From NCBI GenBank assembly GCA_965113315.1, contig OZ220369.1: 64,000 nt of DNA; one strand, 5' to 3'. The translations under genes and the position numbers were made by a program. Shown here in pieces: positions 46,799-60,237 of this stretch. This stretch comes from Podarcis vaucheri. Taxonomy: Eukaryota. The notes under the pieces were generated by a model that ran no database searches, was not told the DNA's origin, and saw only the letters and a list, made by a program, of their open reading frames with translations. Positions within the stretch are counted from its first letter, which is position 1. Each line of letters begins with the position of its first letter.

Positions 46799-49444
46799 CT
46801 ATATAAGAACACACTCTATAGAGAGAGATCATTCCTTCTGTTTCGGGGTGAGTTGCACAATCCAAAACTGCACCAACCATGTACAAGAGGGAGATACCAG
46901 CAAGGTTGGGGGAACCTTAGAGATACAGAAGCACCCAAAAACAAACAAACCCCCAAAGCAGCTCACACAGGACTAAGTACACTCAGACAGAAAACCAACA
47001 GGGAGGGAAAAGGGAATGGGACATCATGGAAGAGCATTCCATGTTGCAGCCTTTTCTTGCAGTTCCCACTTGTTTCTTTTTACACTCTGCTTTTCAGGCC
47101 CTAAATTGCCATCCCAAAGGCAGCTTAACATAATGAATACATGTCTGATAAGAAGTATAGTCCAAAAATAAGTAAAATTGCAATCAAAACCAAGTGCAAG
47201 ATGGAATCAGTGAAAACACTCCCAATCTGCTAAAGGGGGGTGGGGTTAAAATTATTCTGTGCCCACAGCAAAAAGAAGTCATAACAGCTCATCTAAAACT
47301 CAAAAGGGACGCTCCACATGCCACTCCACTTCACTGGTTGTTCTGTGATCAGTCTCCAATGTTACCAAAATTACTGCTGTTCAGAGGACCACTTTTGCAC
47401 TACAGCACAACAAAAGAACAAGGAAAAAAACTTGGAATGCTTACAAGATTTCTGAAGCAAGTTGTAGGACATGCACAAACTGGGAACAAAGCAGCATGTC
47501 CACCTTGAAACTTTTGCAGGTGCAAACAGTATTGAAAGCAAGATCACATATGACCACCCCAATACGATCAATGAGCACAAATCACCCATAAAAAGGATGT
47601 CTGGAGAGGTCTTTCCACAATCTGGGCATCTAATCTGAGAAGGCCCAATCTCACATCAGTCAGCTGCAGCTTGTGAGGCAAAAGGACATGGAGTTAAGGC
47701 CTTGGTTCTCCAGCTGTTATTGGACTACAACTACCCATCATCCCTAGCTAGCAGGACCAGTGGTCAGTGATGGTGGGAACTGTAGTCCAAAAACAGACAA
47801 AGTTCCACATGTGGAAAAATGAATCTTCTGTGCTATTTCATACCTTGTGCTATAGAGCACCAAGAAAGAAAATTAAAGCCAAATGCAACATTGTTCTTCC
47901 ACTTGCCCCCCAAGCTTATGGAATCTCTTCTGGAAACAAAGTACCATGGAACCTCTTGTGCAACAGCAGAACGAAATGTTTCCCTTCCAGCTCCAAAAGC
48001 AAGAACGAAACAAAACCACAGTGTATAATGCAACAGCTTTACAATTATGTCCACAGAAGTCGATAGCCCAAATGTAGTTAAAATTATTACCAGCACCATC
48101 CCTCCATCAGCCCTCAGAACACTAACACAAGTCATTTGTGGCACTTCGACAACCTGAACATGGCGGGAGGCCACCCAAGCTACACATAAATAAGTCCTGG
48201 AGGCAGTCTTTGCTTCTCCACAGACAAATGGTAGTTTATAGGCATACAACAGAAAGCTCTGTTTGACTTACCTACTGTGATGACATTTGTGGAAAGGAAA
48301 TGCTGGCAGTTTATGCTTCCTGACAAGGAATCTTCCGGTTGCCCCAAATCAGCCAGCATGGCTTCCAGAGTTGCCAGAAGCAAAGCAGAAGACCTCGTCT
48401 TTCTCAACCCGTTCAAGATGTGAGTGTATGCAGTTGTCAGGAGACACCACCAGGAAACTTCAGGTATATGAAAATCAGTTCTAGCAGTAACATAATCCAC
48501 TGGAATTGATTTTAGAAAGTTATTTCATGCCCATTGGTCCAATTAAGCCCAGTATTGTCTGTTCTGGTATTTCCTGACCCTGTATCAGAAAGACTTCTAA
48601 TTGAAGATATCAGAGAGGGAACCTGGGATTTTCTGCACACTGAGCAATTGGTTCTCCTGAAGCTAAGTGAAACGCGGTCTCCCAACAGCTGGATAAAAGC
48701 TTCCTTCAAAATATCAGCAGCCCGGGATTCAACAAGCCCAGTGTCTTTCATCAGTGCTATTCTCTGCCACGATCTTCCTCTTAGGAGGGCAAAAACTCAT
48801 GAGTGGGCAGTAACAAAAGGTCACATTGTCATTGTCTTCCAAAACAGGGGCCTTTGAGTACTGTGTGTTCACTGGGTATTTCAATGCAAAGGATTCTTCT
48901 TCTTTTTCCCCTTTCCCCTGGGTCACCTGTGAACAAAACAAAAATGCATCAGTATTGCTCATTTGGGCATTTCATAAATATGTTCTTTATCTTTTTAAAA
49001 AATATATATGATGGCTACCTTTTTATTATCTACACTACACTTCTTTTGCCTGTTCTGTCTCTGTGGGAGAGCCTTTATTATGCGGTGAAAAGGATAGCAG
49101 CTTCTTAAATAGAACTCTCAACAGTCACAGAGTTCTTCGGAAGAATCAGGGCTATAGAAGTGATGTTGTAACAAAAAGGTGGACTCCTGAGGGGTGACCT
49201 ATTTCGGTTTATCTCAGGGACCTTTCCTTTAATTCTCAACTCTTCTTACAATCTCTAGTCCCTTTCAGTTGTGGAGAGACCGGAGAGAAAGTATGCATGC
49301 AAGAGTCTTCCCAGTTGCCCATCAAGAAGCAAACCTCCTCTCCCTTTCCAAAGTTCTAGCCCAGGTTTGACTCCAGGTGTAAACTGGCACCTTAATCTCT
49401 CACAATCCCCCCCTGCCCCAATATAGTATTAATTTATTTAAATA

Positions 49445-49667
49445 CAGTGGTACCTCAGGTTAAGAACTTAATTCGTTCTGGAGGTCCGTTTTTAACCTGA
49501 AACTGTTCTTAACCTGAAGATCACTTTAGCTAATGGGGCCTCCCGCTGCCGCCATTTCTGTTCTCATCCTGAAGCAAAGTTCTTAACCTGAGGTACTGTA
49601 ACCTGAGGCAGAGTCTGTAATCTGAAACGTCTGTAACCTGAAGCGTCTGTAACCCGAGGTACCACTG
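49445..49667. mobile_element. Tc1/mariner-type MITE
   Basis: ta|cagtggtacctcaggtta ... gaggtaccactg|ta. Confidence 0.92.
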
Positions 49668-49703
49668 TATTAGTATTCTGCCCTGCTAACTCATTCACAT
49701 TGC

Positions 49704-49815
49704 CGCTGCCAAGCAATTTCTGTTCTCATCCTGAAGCAAAGTTCTTAACCCGAGGTACTATTTCTGGGTTAGCAGAGTCTGTAACCTGAAGCATCTGTAA
49801 CCTGAGGTACCACTG
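49704..49815. mobile_element. Right-half copy of the same MITE between 36-bp direct repeats
   Basis: Single TIR gaggtaccactg; flanks 49668-49703 and 49816-49851 differ at one base. Confidence 0.85.
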
Positions 49816-51573
49816 TATTAGTATCCTGCCCTGCTAACTCATTCACATTGCTGTGAGTGCAAATTTCAAAGGATAGCTGTTTTTCAGTTTGCATATTGTT
49901 TCAGGACATGTGCATGGGTGGGTTCGCCGTTAAAATGCGGGCTGGATTGAATTTCTTCCCTTCCCCCCAGTCCCTATTCTGTACCCACACATCTTGCCTG
50001 TATCTACCTAGGATGCCACAGAAGGAGGCAGGGACGGGGAAGGGCAAATCCCAAGGGATTTGTCAGCACAGTCAACTGTTTGCTTAAGGGTTTGTTCTCA
50101 AGCAGGAGATTCCATCGGAATGAAGTATTGCAGTTCAAGCGCCCATCCCAAACAGCTGTGTTTTCCAAACGGGGGGTTGGAGCCAAGTTGGAACAATGGC
50201 AGTTCTCTGAGCACCAGGGGTGGGTGGAGAGAGATCGTTATACCAACTCCCAATTCTTGCCATCCCCAGAAAAAAATAAAAGCTTCTTGTTTGGTCTCCA
50301 AGAAAAAGCAAATGCTACATTTTGAAACATCACATGGGGCCCAGGGATAGGGAGGAGTTGTAGACACCTGCTGCAGGGGAGATAAGGGGGCTTATAACAA
50401 CAATAAGGGGGCTTATTATTTGTACCCTGCCCATCTGGGTGGCTTGCCCCAGCCACTCTGGGCAGCTTCCAACAAATAAGTCAAGGGGACAGCTAAGCTT
50501 CAGAACTGGGACAGGGTGGGAGGAGAGAGAGATAAAAAGAGTGTGTTGACTTGAACTCACCGCTTGGGAATTCCCCCACCCCAAACATGCAAAATGTTTA
50601 CGAACAAGCGACAACAGAATTACAAAGTCAAGTGAAAGGAGTAGCAGAAGGATTTGACAAGAGAATGCAGGAATGTGGTTCTGTCAAGAGGGGAGCTCTC
50701 TTCCTCCTCAGCTCCACTTTCAAACACCCAGCTGAGCACTAGAAGAAGCCTCTCTAGCCCAGCTGCCTCCAGCCCTTAAATAAATAATTTAAAAATCAAC
50801 TGATTGATTGATTGATTTTATCCCGCCCTTCTTCCCTCTTGGCTGAGGCTTGCTTCCTGCTTCCTTCCCAAATCCTTCATAGCTGCTATATCCCACAAGA
50901 AGGGGAGCACATCTCCGTCACCTCCTAAGATGGTTGGAGCTCCTCCTGTCTTGGTATCTGTTACCTTGTTGATAGGGTAGTGAGCTCCTGCCCGCATCAC
51001 CTAGGAACAAGGGAAACTGAGCATTTGTCTATCTAGCACTAACTGGCAGCAACTCCCCAGGATTTCTGAAAGGGAGACACTCCCAGCCCTACTTGAAGAT
51101 ATCAGGAACTGAACCTTTTGTATGAAAAGCTCTATACACTTCCCTACTTCTCCTTAATGCCGTTGTTTTTCACCCCCTAAAAATGACACACCTTATCAAA
51201 CCATGTTCAAAACACAGCCTCCCATCTTGACCCCCGCAACAGTGCCTGGGGGAAGAGGAATGAGGTCTTTGTGTCCCAACCAACAAAGATGTAGAGGCAT
51301 ATCTAATTACCCAGCAGCCCAACAGACAATCGCTCTTTCATCAGTGGAAAGAAAATGTTAGGAGACTTGTGTGTAAAGATGCCCATTTTGTGTTTCAACA
51401 TTTGCCGTATTGAGGCTAGTAGGGGCTTGGAGCGGCTCCGGCTTATCTTCTCATTGTAAATTAGCAATGCATAGCATGTACAGAAGCAGCGGGGGAAGGA
51501 AGGGAAACCACATGGCATATGCAAGTTATGAGATGAAGAAGCATATCAGATCAAAACCAAACAACATACTTTG

Positions 51574-51718
51574 AAAGCCAATCAGAAGCCGCGAAAGCCG
51601 CGCCGGACATTCGGCTTCCAAAAATAGTTTGCAAACCGGGACACTCACTTCTGGGTTTGGAGTGTTCGGAAGCCAAAACGTTTGAGAACTAAGGTGTTCG
51701 AAAACCAAGGCATGACTG
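51574..51718. mobile_element. Partial Tc1/mariner-type MITE
   Basis: agccaatcagaagc...aaaaccaaggcatgactg|ta; inverted relative of 42067. Confidence 0.8.
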
Positions 51719-52774
51719 TACTACAAAAAATGATGTGATGACCACCAACTTTTAGGCACCTTTGAAAGGGTGTTTAGACCAATTCATGGAAGAAGAAAAA
51801 GAAAAGGTTATCAATGGCAACATTGCACCAGGCCAGGTGTGTAATCAGTTCAGCCTTTTAAAAGCTGAACCTTAAATAGTTTAAGATACTTCCCAAACCA
51901 CTGCTCTAAGGGTCAGATCAATATAGCTATTTTTAAGAAGATAAGCCCCTTTAGATGCCTTTATGTTTCTGGATATGTTTGTGAGGCTTATCAACCAAGG
52001 TTGCTTGAGGACACGGAGACATCCGTAGCACTGACTGACACCTGCAAGCCAGATGCTAACTCATCCCATAGAGCAGCATGAGCAAGTTCAGCACATATAA
52101 ACTGTTAAAATAAACACACTTGTCCTGCACATTTTTTTAAAAAAGTGCTCCCTTTAATGTAAAGCATGTGTGCTCCGTAACAACACATTATCTTTTCTCG
52201 TAGCCACAGCCTGCTAACCACAGAGCTGAACCACTTGGCGTCCACATGTGTAAATACAGGGCCAGCTACAATTGGGGGGGGGGGACTAACCAACCAGCCA
52301 ATCATTCTCTCAAACCAGAATACAAATTAACAGCATGAGAACACAGAAGCAGATGTTCACCTCTCCAGCCACTTTGACACAATGCACCTCGAGAAATTTA
52401 CAGTAGCAAAACGTGGCAAATGTAACCAAGGCAGAGGCCCATAGGTAAGGGTGGCCATCTGTTGATGTTCACAGGCATTACTCGTTCCGAAACCAATAAC
52501 CAACCCACCCACCCCCACTGTAGGTGTGGTGTCACATTTTCCCAGTTACACACAAACACACAAGTTGCTGTCTTTTGGGGAAGCTTGGACCAAGGGAAAG
52601 GCCATTTTATAAGAGGCATTCTTACTTTACACCCACAGTGGAATATCTGTTGGGTATGTCTAGGTTCCTGCATGCACTACAGTTCCTAGACTTCCTTCTG
52701 TTGATATGCCTACCTCCTGGGGCTCCTTTGTGAGGAAGGGTTGGATACAAGTGTAATATATAGACTAGATTAAA

Positions 52775-53133
52775 AAGGTAAAGGTACCCCTGACCATTAG
52801 GTCCAGTCGTGACCGACTCTGGGGTTGTGCACTCATCTCACTCTATAGGCCGAGGGAGCCAGCGTTTGTCCGCAGACAGCTTCCGGGTCATGTGGCCAGC
52901 ATGACAAAGCTGCTTCTGGCGAACCAGAGCAGCACACGGAAATGCCGTTTACCTTCCCACCGGAGCGGTACCTATTTATCTACTTGCACTTTGATGTGCT
53001 TTCAAAATGCTAGGTTGGCAGGAGCAGGGACCGAACAACGGGAGCTCACCCCATTGCGGGGATTCGAACCGCCGACCTTCTGATCGGCTAGTCCTAGGCT
53101 CTGTGGTTTAACCCGCAGCACCACCCACGTCCC
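52775..53133 (-). mobile_element. Sauria SINE, full length
   Basis: Complete body; TSD atagactaga(t/c)taaa at 52760-52774 and 53134-53148. Confidence 0.95.
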
Positions 53134-55014
53134 ATAGACTAGACTAAACTAGAATAGAATAGAATAGAACAGAATTCCTGTATACTACTTCACATGGGCC
53201 CCTTCAGCCATAAAAATCCAAGTTACCAAAAACAAACTACCGTACTTTGTTCTCTTTCCCCACCCTGCAGCAATCTATTGAAGGCAGCTGCTCTTAATTC
53301 TGATCTCCTCTCCATGTTCAATTATGCCAGGGTGATGCAGTAGGTTTTCTCCTTTAAGAAAACAAACCCATTACGGTCCTACGAGCTTTGAGAAACATTT
53401 ACATACAGATTGTGCCAGCCGTTCCAAAATGAAACAAAAACTTAAGGAAAGAATATATAATCAAGTCTGTATGCTCAAGTCTTATGATAACACAGAAGCC
53501 TTTTCAGGTCCAAATTATAATGCTTGACGATAACAACATCAGGGAAGATTGTGTTTACTCAACTTCGCCTAAATTTAGTCAGCTGCAGGAATTTCGAATT
53601 TAACTCTCAGATGCTCAGTTGAGGAGAGCGTGGTTGTGCTTAGGTGTTTGTGGGCTTCCCATAGTCATCTGGTTGGCTGTTGTGAGAACATGATGCTGGA
53701 CTAGCTGGGCCATCAGCCTGATCCAGCAGCTTCTTCCTTTGAAGCTTGGTTATTCACTGACAAAACTGGGACAAGCAGCACTGAGGCTTCTTATACAGAA
53801 GGGGGAAGCTGTAGGGTCGTTTCAGGTTCTAGGTACACCTTCTTTGTGTCTGACTGGTGGAGAAGATGTAGCTGGGCCTGTTGGCCAGCTGGTACTTGTG
53901 GGAAGTCATAAGGAAGCCAAAAGGGACTGCAGAAAACGCCACCATTAGGGCTACCAACTTGATATGGATTGAAGAGAGCATAGCAGAGAGAGCATTTGAA
54001 GAGTGCTTAGAGCGTGTTCCCTACTTTAAACGATTTCATTTATGTGCACAGGGACACGGATCATAACCCCCGTGTTAAGGGGGTAAGGAATGCCTGTACT
54101 CAGACACTAGGAGACAGGAATGAGGGTGGATTTCAGACGGGAAACTGGTGTGTGGCTTCTCTCCAGATTGGGAACACATTCCAGATTAAGGCTCTGCACA
54201 GCTGCATCTCCTTTAAAAAAAAAAAAGTCTGATGCCAGAAACTGTGTGGCAAGAGGGCTCAAAAGTTGCAGGACCACGGATAGCACCAAGGGTGCAATTT
54301 GCTCCCACAAAAGTTGAGAACAGCCCAAGGGCTTATCCACACTCATCTTTTGTGCTGCTCTTTTAGGCACAGGTCCGCGCTTAAATGTTCTGTGTCCGAG
54401 TATGCGTGCTTTGTGCCCCAAAGTTCTCCCCACGAAAACCTGCTCTTTAGCACTCAATTGGAACAAGCATCAATTTGGATTTTCTGTTGACTGCTGTTTG
54501 CTCTTAGCTTTAAGGAGTGGGTTTTTGCAGGGAAAGCTATGGGTGGGGGGGGGTCACCCAGACACAGAGCATTAAAGCACAGACCATGCATGAAAAGAGC
54601 AGAAGAGTGTGCAGAAGCCCCAAGTCTTTTGGAACCTTCATCCCCATGTCGATAGCAGTGGATTCTTAAAGTTTCATCTCTCTGGCCTGAAGATGGTCAC
54701 TCATCCTCTCTCTAATGGGTTCCCTCCTAGTTTTCTCCCTGTGCCATTGGACCAGTGAGGTCCTGTGGGAGGTGCCCGACTCCTCAGGCTCCAGGGAAGC
54801 TGAGCACGAGGACAGAGCTCTGGCCCTATGGCCACAAAAGGACATTTTGAGGGTTCATGTCCATCAGTTTCATTGGTCTGAATCCCAGCAGCAGATCTGG
54901 TTCCTTAACTCAAGACTCTGTATCCTCTAACTCTTGATTGCTGCTAAACAGTGGCCAGTTGGTGTCATATCGCACCAGTTCTTAAAGACTTGCACTGCTT
55001 GCCAATATAGTTAC

Positions 55015-55310
55015 CCTCTGAATTTTCAAGGCCTTGAACAACTCGAGATCTACATACCTGAAGGAGTGTCTGTCCGAATAGACCTGTCTAGGTGTTAAGA
55101 TGGGACATGGACACCTTCCTCAATGTCTTCCCATAACCAGGAAGCATTCATTGTGCAGTGATGCCAGAGAAGAGCACCTTCACAGTGGCACCCAGACTGT
55201 GGAACTCCCCCTGCCCTCTGAAATTCATCAGATGCCAGCTTACAACACAATTTTATTGTGACCTTCCTAGAGCACTTTGGCTATTGAAGAGGCTGTAGAT
55301 ATGTTAAGTC
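55015..55310 (+). mobile_element. L2-like LINE 3' remnant
   Basis: ttcaaggccttgaacaac...tacctgaaggagtgtctg...cagtggcacccagactgtggaactccc resembles the L2 ORF2 end (KAL...YLKE.L ... APRLWNSL). Confidence 0.55.
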
Positions 55311-56082
55311 AACAAATGAAGCAGGCCTTAAAAAAAACAAACCACAAAAACTGAAAACACCATAATGTGTAATTTTATCCCTTAGTAATTTATGCAAAAG
55401 TCTCGGTAACTTAATATACATGTATCACCACTGCCGATTATGAACTCTTTTTAATTGCTTTGTTGGTTAATAGCTTCCACTGTTATGGAACATGAGCATT
55501 AATTCATTTAGGTTTCTTTGGTATCAACAGACAGGAGGGGTGTGTTTTATCCCTCCCTGCTGTTCAAAACCAACTCCATCATATCATACGCTGCACAAGC
55601 TGTGTTTATAGCAAAGCAGTTGCAGTAGTTATCCATTTGTAAGGTTTCATTATCTGTCGCAGCAAAGCCTTTGTCATAAAGCGAAGGAGGAAGAAAATGA
55701 TAGCAGCTTGTAAAAATGGGAGCTCAAGGTGCCCTGTGTTTTGTAGTAGACACGTGAAGTTTACAGGCACATACACAGAGGCAAGTATTATTTACCATTC
55801 AATGATGCTGCCCGTCAGCAGCAGGGAGAGTTAAAAGTTTGCTGCAGGCTACTAGGAGGAAATTCCTACAGAGCAAAAAAGATAATGAATGATAGCAATG
55901 TTCTGCAATTATTCAGGAAGTCGTTTGTGGCAGTTAGAAGAAACGAAAGTCAGGTGAGTTATTTGCAATAATTCTCTGTAAAGATCAGGGCAATACATTG
56001 CAGACTTTGTAAAAGAAGGAGAAACATTATGCATGGAGTTGTTGTTGGCATCTGTCTGTCTCAAAAAAACAATGGAGTGCAC

Positions 56083-56587
<505 letters not shown>

Positions 56588-58289
56588 AAAACAATGGAGT
56601 GCACCTCCAGATTCTCCGGATTTAGCATTGTTATTCGTTAGCATACTATAGTTCTACTTTTATTTGTTTTTATTAATGGCTTGGGGAATGCACAGTATAA
56701 CTAAAGTAAATCAGAGACACCCAGGAAGCCTATAACCCTAGAAGATGGCTCCTTTGTGACCTCACAGGTGCTCTTGGGTCAAAGGCTATCAATTATGCAA
56801 TCCAGTCAACCTTCCGGTTTGACAGGCTCAGTGCTTCTGTTCAACACTCTAAGTTGCGCCCGGTAAATGCACATGAATTTTTTAACTGTAATTTGCAATT
56901 AGTTTCATTGTAAGTCTGCTCCACAAAAAAAGGCTCTAACAAACTGCCAACAGGGGTAGTCATCACTTCTGTGACTTCAAGCTACTCTTGTGTATTTTAG
57001 ACCCCAGGTGAACTAACTTTCTCCTGCTTGCGCCTGGAAGCAACTTAGCAAGAGCATCAGCTTCAAATGGCATTAATTCTCCTCATGCTGTATTTAAACT
57101 GTGAAGTGCTGTGCTAATTTCTTCTTTAATTTGAAGAGTGTGTGAATACCATCATCAAGGCAACATTAATTCTCTCGCTCCTTAGGCTCAAGGGGAATGA
57201 ATTCTCCTTAGTCTCGCAAAGCAAAGATTCAGCCAGGGCTATACAAAGGAATGTAAATACTGTACAGCTTCTCAAGCATTTTGGGGAAGCAAAATGACAA
57301 CCTAAAAAAGCTGGGAGGATAGCCTTGTTCTGCACACTTACTAGACTTTCACTACTTGGTATTCCATGGTCATAAAAGAGGGCCTTTGAAAAGCATTTCA
57401 GCTATTCTGAAACTGCACCCTGCAATATGTAGGGGTTGAAACCTAGAGAAACACTGCTTCCATTCAGAATTGGCATATACAAATGAATAGATACTGTGGC
57501 TAAACAGGCTTGAATGTTTTGAATGATTAAGCAGGAAACTCAAGGAGAATGTAAACCAATAAAATGCACTCAACCAAAGTGGCCTAGAATGGCCTCAAGG
57601 AGATTCAAACAGTCTGGCTTATCTGCCCCTTTTGAAAATATAATGTTGGGTTTCCTCACCATGATGTCCCAGATAAAGCTACAGAAATTTAAATGTACAA
57701 TATTAAAATCAGCTTTAAACAAATTACAGCCAAGAGACATGCGTAGGTCCTAACACACGCATGCGCACACGCACACACAAATATATATGTATCAGGTGTA
57801 AAGAGATCTGCCTTTGAGCACATCAGGAGAAGAGTTAAATCGCAGTGTCAGTTCCCATGAGGCTGGTCCCCCTCTAGGTCATTCAAATGTCCCCACAGCC
57901 ATACAGGAGCTTGCTGATATATAAACAGTTCCTATATACCCGTGAGAAAAATCTAAAGCAGCCTCACCTCTGCCTTGACATGTGTGACAAATATGGTTGT
58001 TTTCTGGTGCATTGTTGGCTTTACTTGCCTTTGGGGGGGGGATCGGGAGATGCTCTTAAAAAGCATCTTTAGCATTGATATACCCATGATACTTCCAGGT
58101 TTGAACACATGTCTGCAAGGGGTCCTTCTTAGTGACAATAGTGGTTCCCAAACATTTTTTCACTTGAAAATGGTTGGTGTTCTTGGAGGGACCACTTCAT
58201 GATTTTTCTACAGTTGTAATGCACTGTGCTGGATGCCACATGCTTTTAACTGCATTTTTATTGCTTCTTTCATTTTCTTACTTTGCAAT

Positions 58290-58531
58290 TGTTATGTACC
58301 AAGCTTGGATCCTAGAACAATAGGCAAGTAGGAGTCTAGAATGCAACAACTGATTGGCTTGCAGGAAAAGACCAATCAGGCTTCAGGAGGGAAGCAGAAT
58401 CAGACAATCAGACGGAACTCATTGTGTAAATAATGTATATAAAAGCCTGAGGTTTGGGGGGCAATTCAATCACTGTTTTACAAGCTGCAATAAAGAGCAT
58501 GAAATCACTACAGGACTCTGAGTATATTTCA
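58290..58531 (+). mobile_element. Solo LTR (242 bp)
   Basis: TG...CA ends; 5-bp TSD gcaat at 58285-58289 and 58532-58536; CCAAT boxes, TATA at about 58437, AATAAA 58489-58494. Confidence 0.88.
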
Positions 58532-58539
58532 GCAATTTA

Positions 58540-58903
58540 AAAGGTAAAGGACCCCTGACAGTTAAGTCCAGTCGTGGACGACTCTGGGATTGCGGCGCTC
58601 ATCTCACTTTACTGGCCGAGGGAGCCGGCGTTTGTCCGCAAACAGTTTTTCTGGGTCATGTGGCCAGCATGACTAAGCCACTTCTGGCAAACCAGAGCAG
58701 CACACGGAAACACCGTTTAGCTTCCCACCAGAGCAGTACCTATTTATCTACTTGCACTTTGGCGTGCTTTCGAACTGCTAGGTTGGCAGGAGCTGGAACC
58801 GAACAACAGGAGCTCACCCCGTTGCGGGGATTCGAACCGCCGACCTTCCGATCAGCAAGCCCAAGAGGCTGAGTGGTTTAGACCACAGCGCCACACACAT
58901 CCC
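58540..58903 (-). mobile_element. Sauria SINE, full length (variant subfamily)
   Basis: aaggtaaaggacccctgacagttaagtccagtc...gaccacagcgccac; TSD ttactttgca(a/t)ttta with the left copy split by the LTR. Confidence 0.93.
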
Positions 58904-59579
58904 AATTACTTTGCATTTTACTATATTACAATTTGTGCTCCATAGAATTCAAACTGCAGTACAATAAAATACAATATAAGAAATAAAAGAAGCAGTACAA
59001 ATACAGTTTAAATCAATATGAATATATAATGTGGACACACCATGGACCACTTGACTGACACTCACAGACCACTTGTGGTCCATGGACCACAGTTTAGGAA
59101 CCCCTGGGTTACAAGCTGGGTTCTCATTTGTGCAATGCTTTCCTCTCACCCAGAATCTACATTGGGGCCTTTTTCTGTTTCAAGCAAAGACCATTTTCAT
59201 TTCCCCCAGCTTGAGTTTACTGAGCTTAATGTGATATTTCAAGCCGATGTTCTTTATTCAGCTCTTTCATTGATTGTTCTTTTATATAACGTATCTCTCT
59301 TTTTATGTGAACCATCCTAGAAATGCTCATTCATTCATTCAGTGAATGCCTTTCCTATTAATACATTGATTAATGAATCGAGTTTCAAGGCCATCTCCTG
59401 AGTCTCTGGAAGTCACATCTGCTCGCTGGTGGTGAATACAAGTTGTTCCTAACATCCATCCAATTAAAGGCATATGAATAAGCATTACATCTGAAATCCT
59501 GTCCATGCTTCTTAAGAGCACTGATCCACAGCATGATGCACAGTTGGGTCCCCAGCTAGCCCTCCAACACTATTATTAA

Positions 59580-59633
59580 TTATTATTATTATTATTATTA
59601 TTATTAGCAGCAGCAGCAGCAGCAGCAGCAGCA
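59580..59633. repeat. (ATT)n(AGC)n compound microsatellite
   Basis: Seen directly. Confidence 0.95.
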
Positions 59634-59734
59634 GAGGAAGCCATTTCATTAGAGTACTGTAAACAGGGCACTGCACTGCTCTACCATGTTTTACATATCT
59701 TCTTGGGAAGACAGGCAAACTAATGCCAGTGTAG

Positions 59735-60237
59735 TGGAAGAAGCAAAGATCAGTGTTGAAGCAATGATTCTTCAATATCAACTTCGTTGGACTGGTCATG
59801 TTGTGCGGATGCCTGATTATCATCTTCCAAAGCAACTACTCTATTCCAAACTTTAAAATGGAAAGCGTAATCCTGGTGGTCAACAAAAGAGGTTTAAAGA
59901 CTCTCTCAAGGCAAATCTAAAAAAAATGTAGTATAAACACAGACAATTGAGAAACACTGGCCTGCGAGCTCTCCAACTGGAGAACAGCCTTTACCAAAGG
60001 TGTCATGGGCTTTGAAGATGCTCAAACTCAGGATGAAAGGGAGAAATGTGCTAAGGGGAAGGCACGCTTGGCAAACCCTCACGGTGATCAACTCCCACCC
60101 GGAAGCCTATGTCCCCACTGTGGAAGGACATGTGGATCTAGAATTGGCCTCCACAGTCACTTACGGACTCACTGTTAAAACCATGTTTATGGAAGGCAAT
60201 CTCACTCGGCTACGAGTGATGGCCAAAGAAGAAGAAG
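59735..60237 (+). mobile_element. RTE-clade LINE 3' fragment with (GAA)n tail
   Basis: Encodes QLRWTGHVVRMPD..LPKQLLYS...GGQQKRFKDSLK and CPHCGRTCGSRIGLHSHLRTH; tail gaagaagaag. Confidence 0.9.

Larger units (their letters stand above)
58139..59106. mobile_element. hAT-type non-autonomous element hosting an LTR and a Sauria SINE
   Basis: Ends tagtggttcccaaac / gtttaggaacccctg; degenerate 8-bp TSD agtgacaa / ggttacaa. Confidence 0.7.

Noticed and set aside
48224-48473. Possible internal exon (plus-strand cag...CAG/gtat, or minus-strand donor gtaagt near 48270)
   Set aside because: Plus frames contain stops and the minus peptide is unrecognisable; splice-like motifs alone are not enough.
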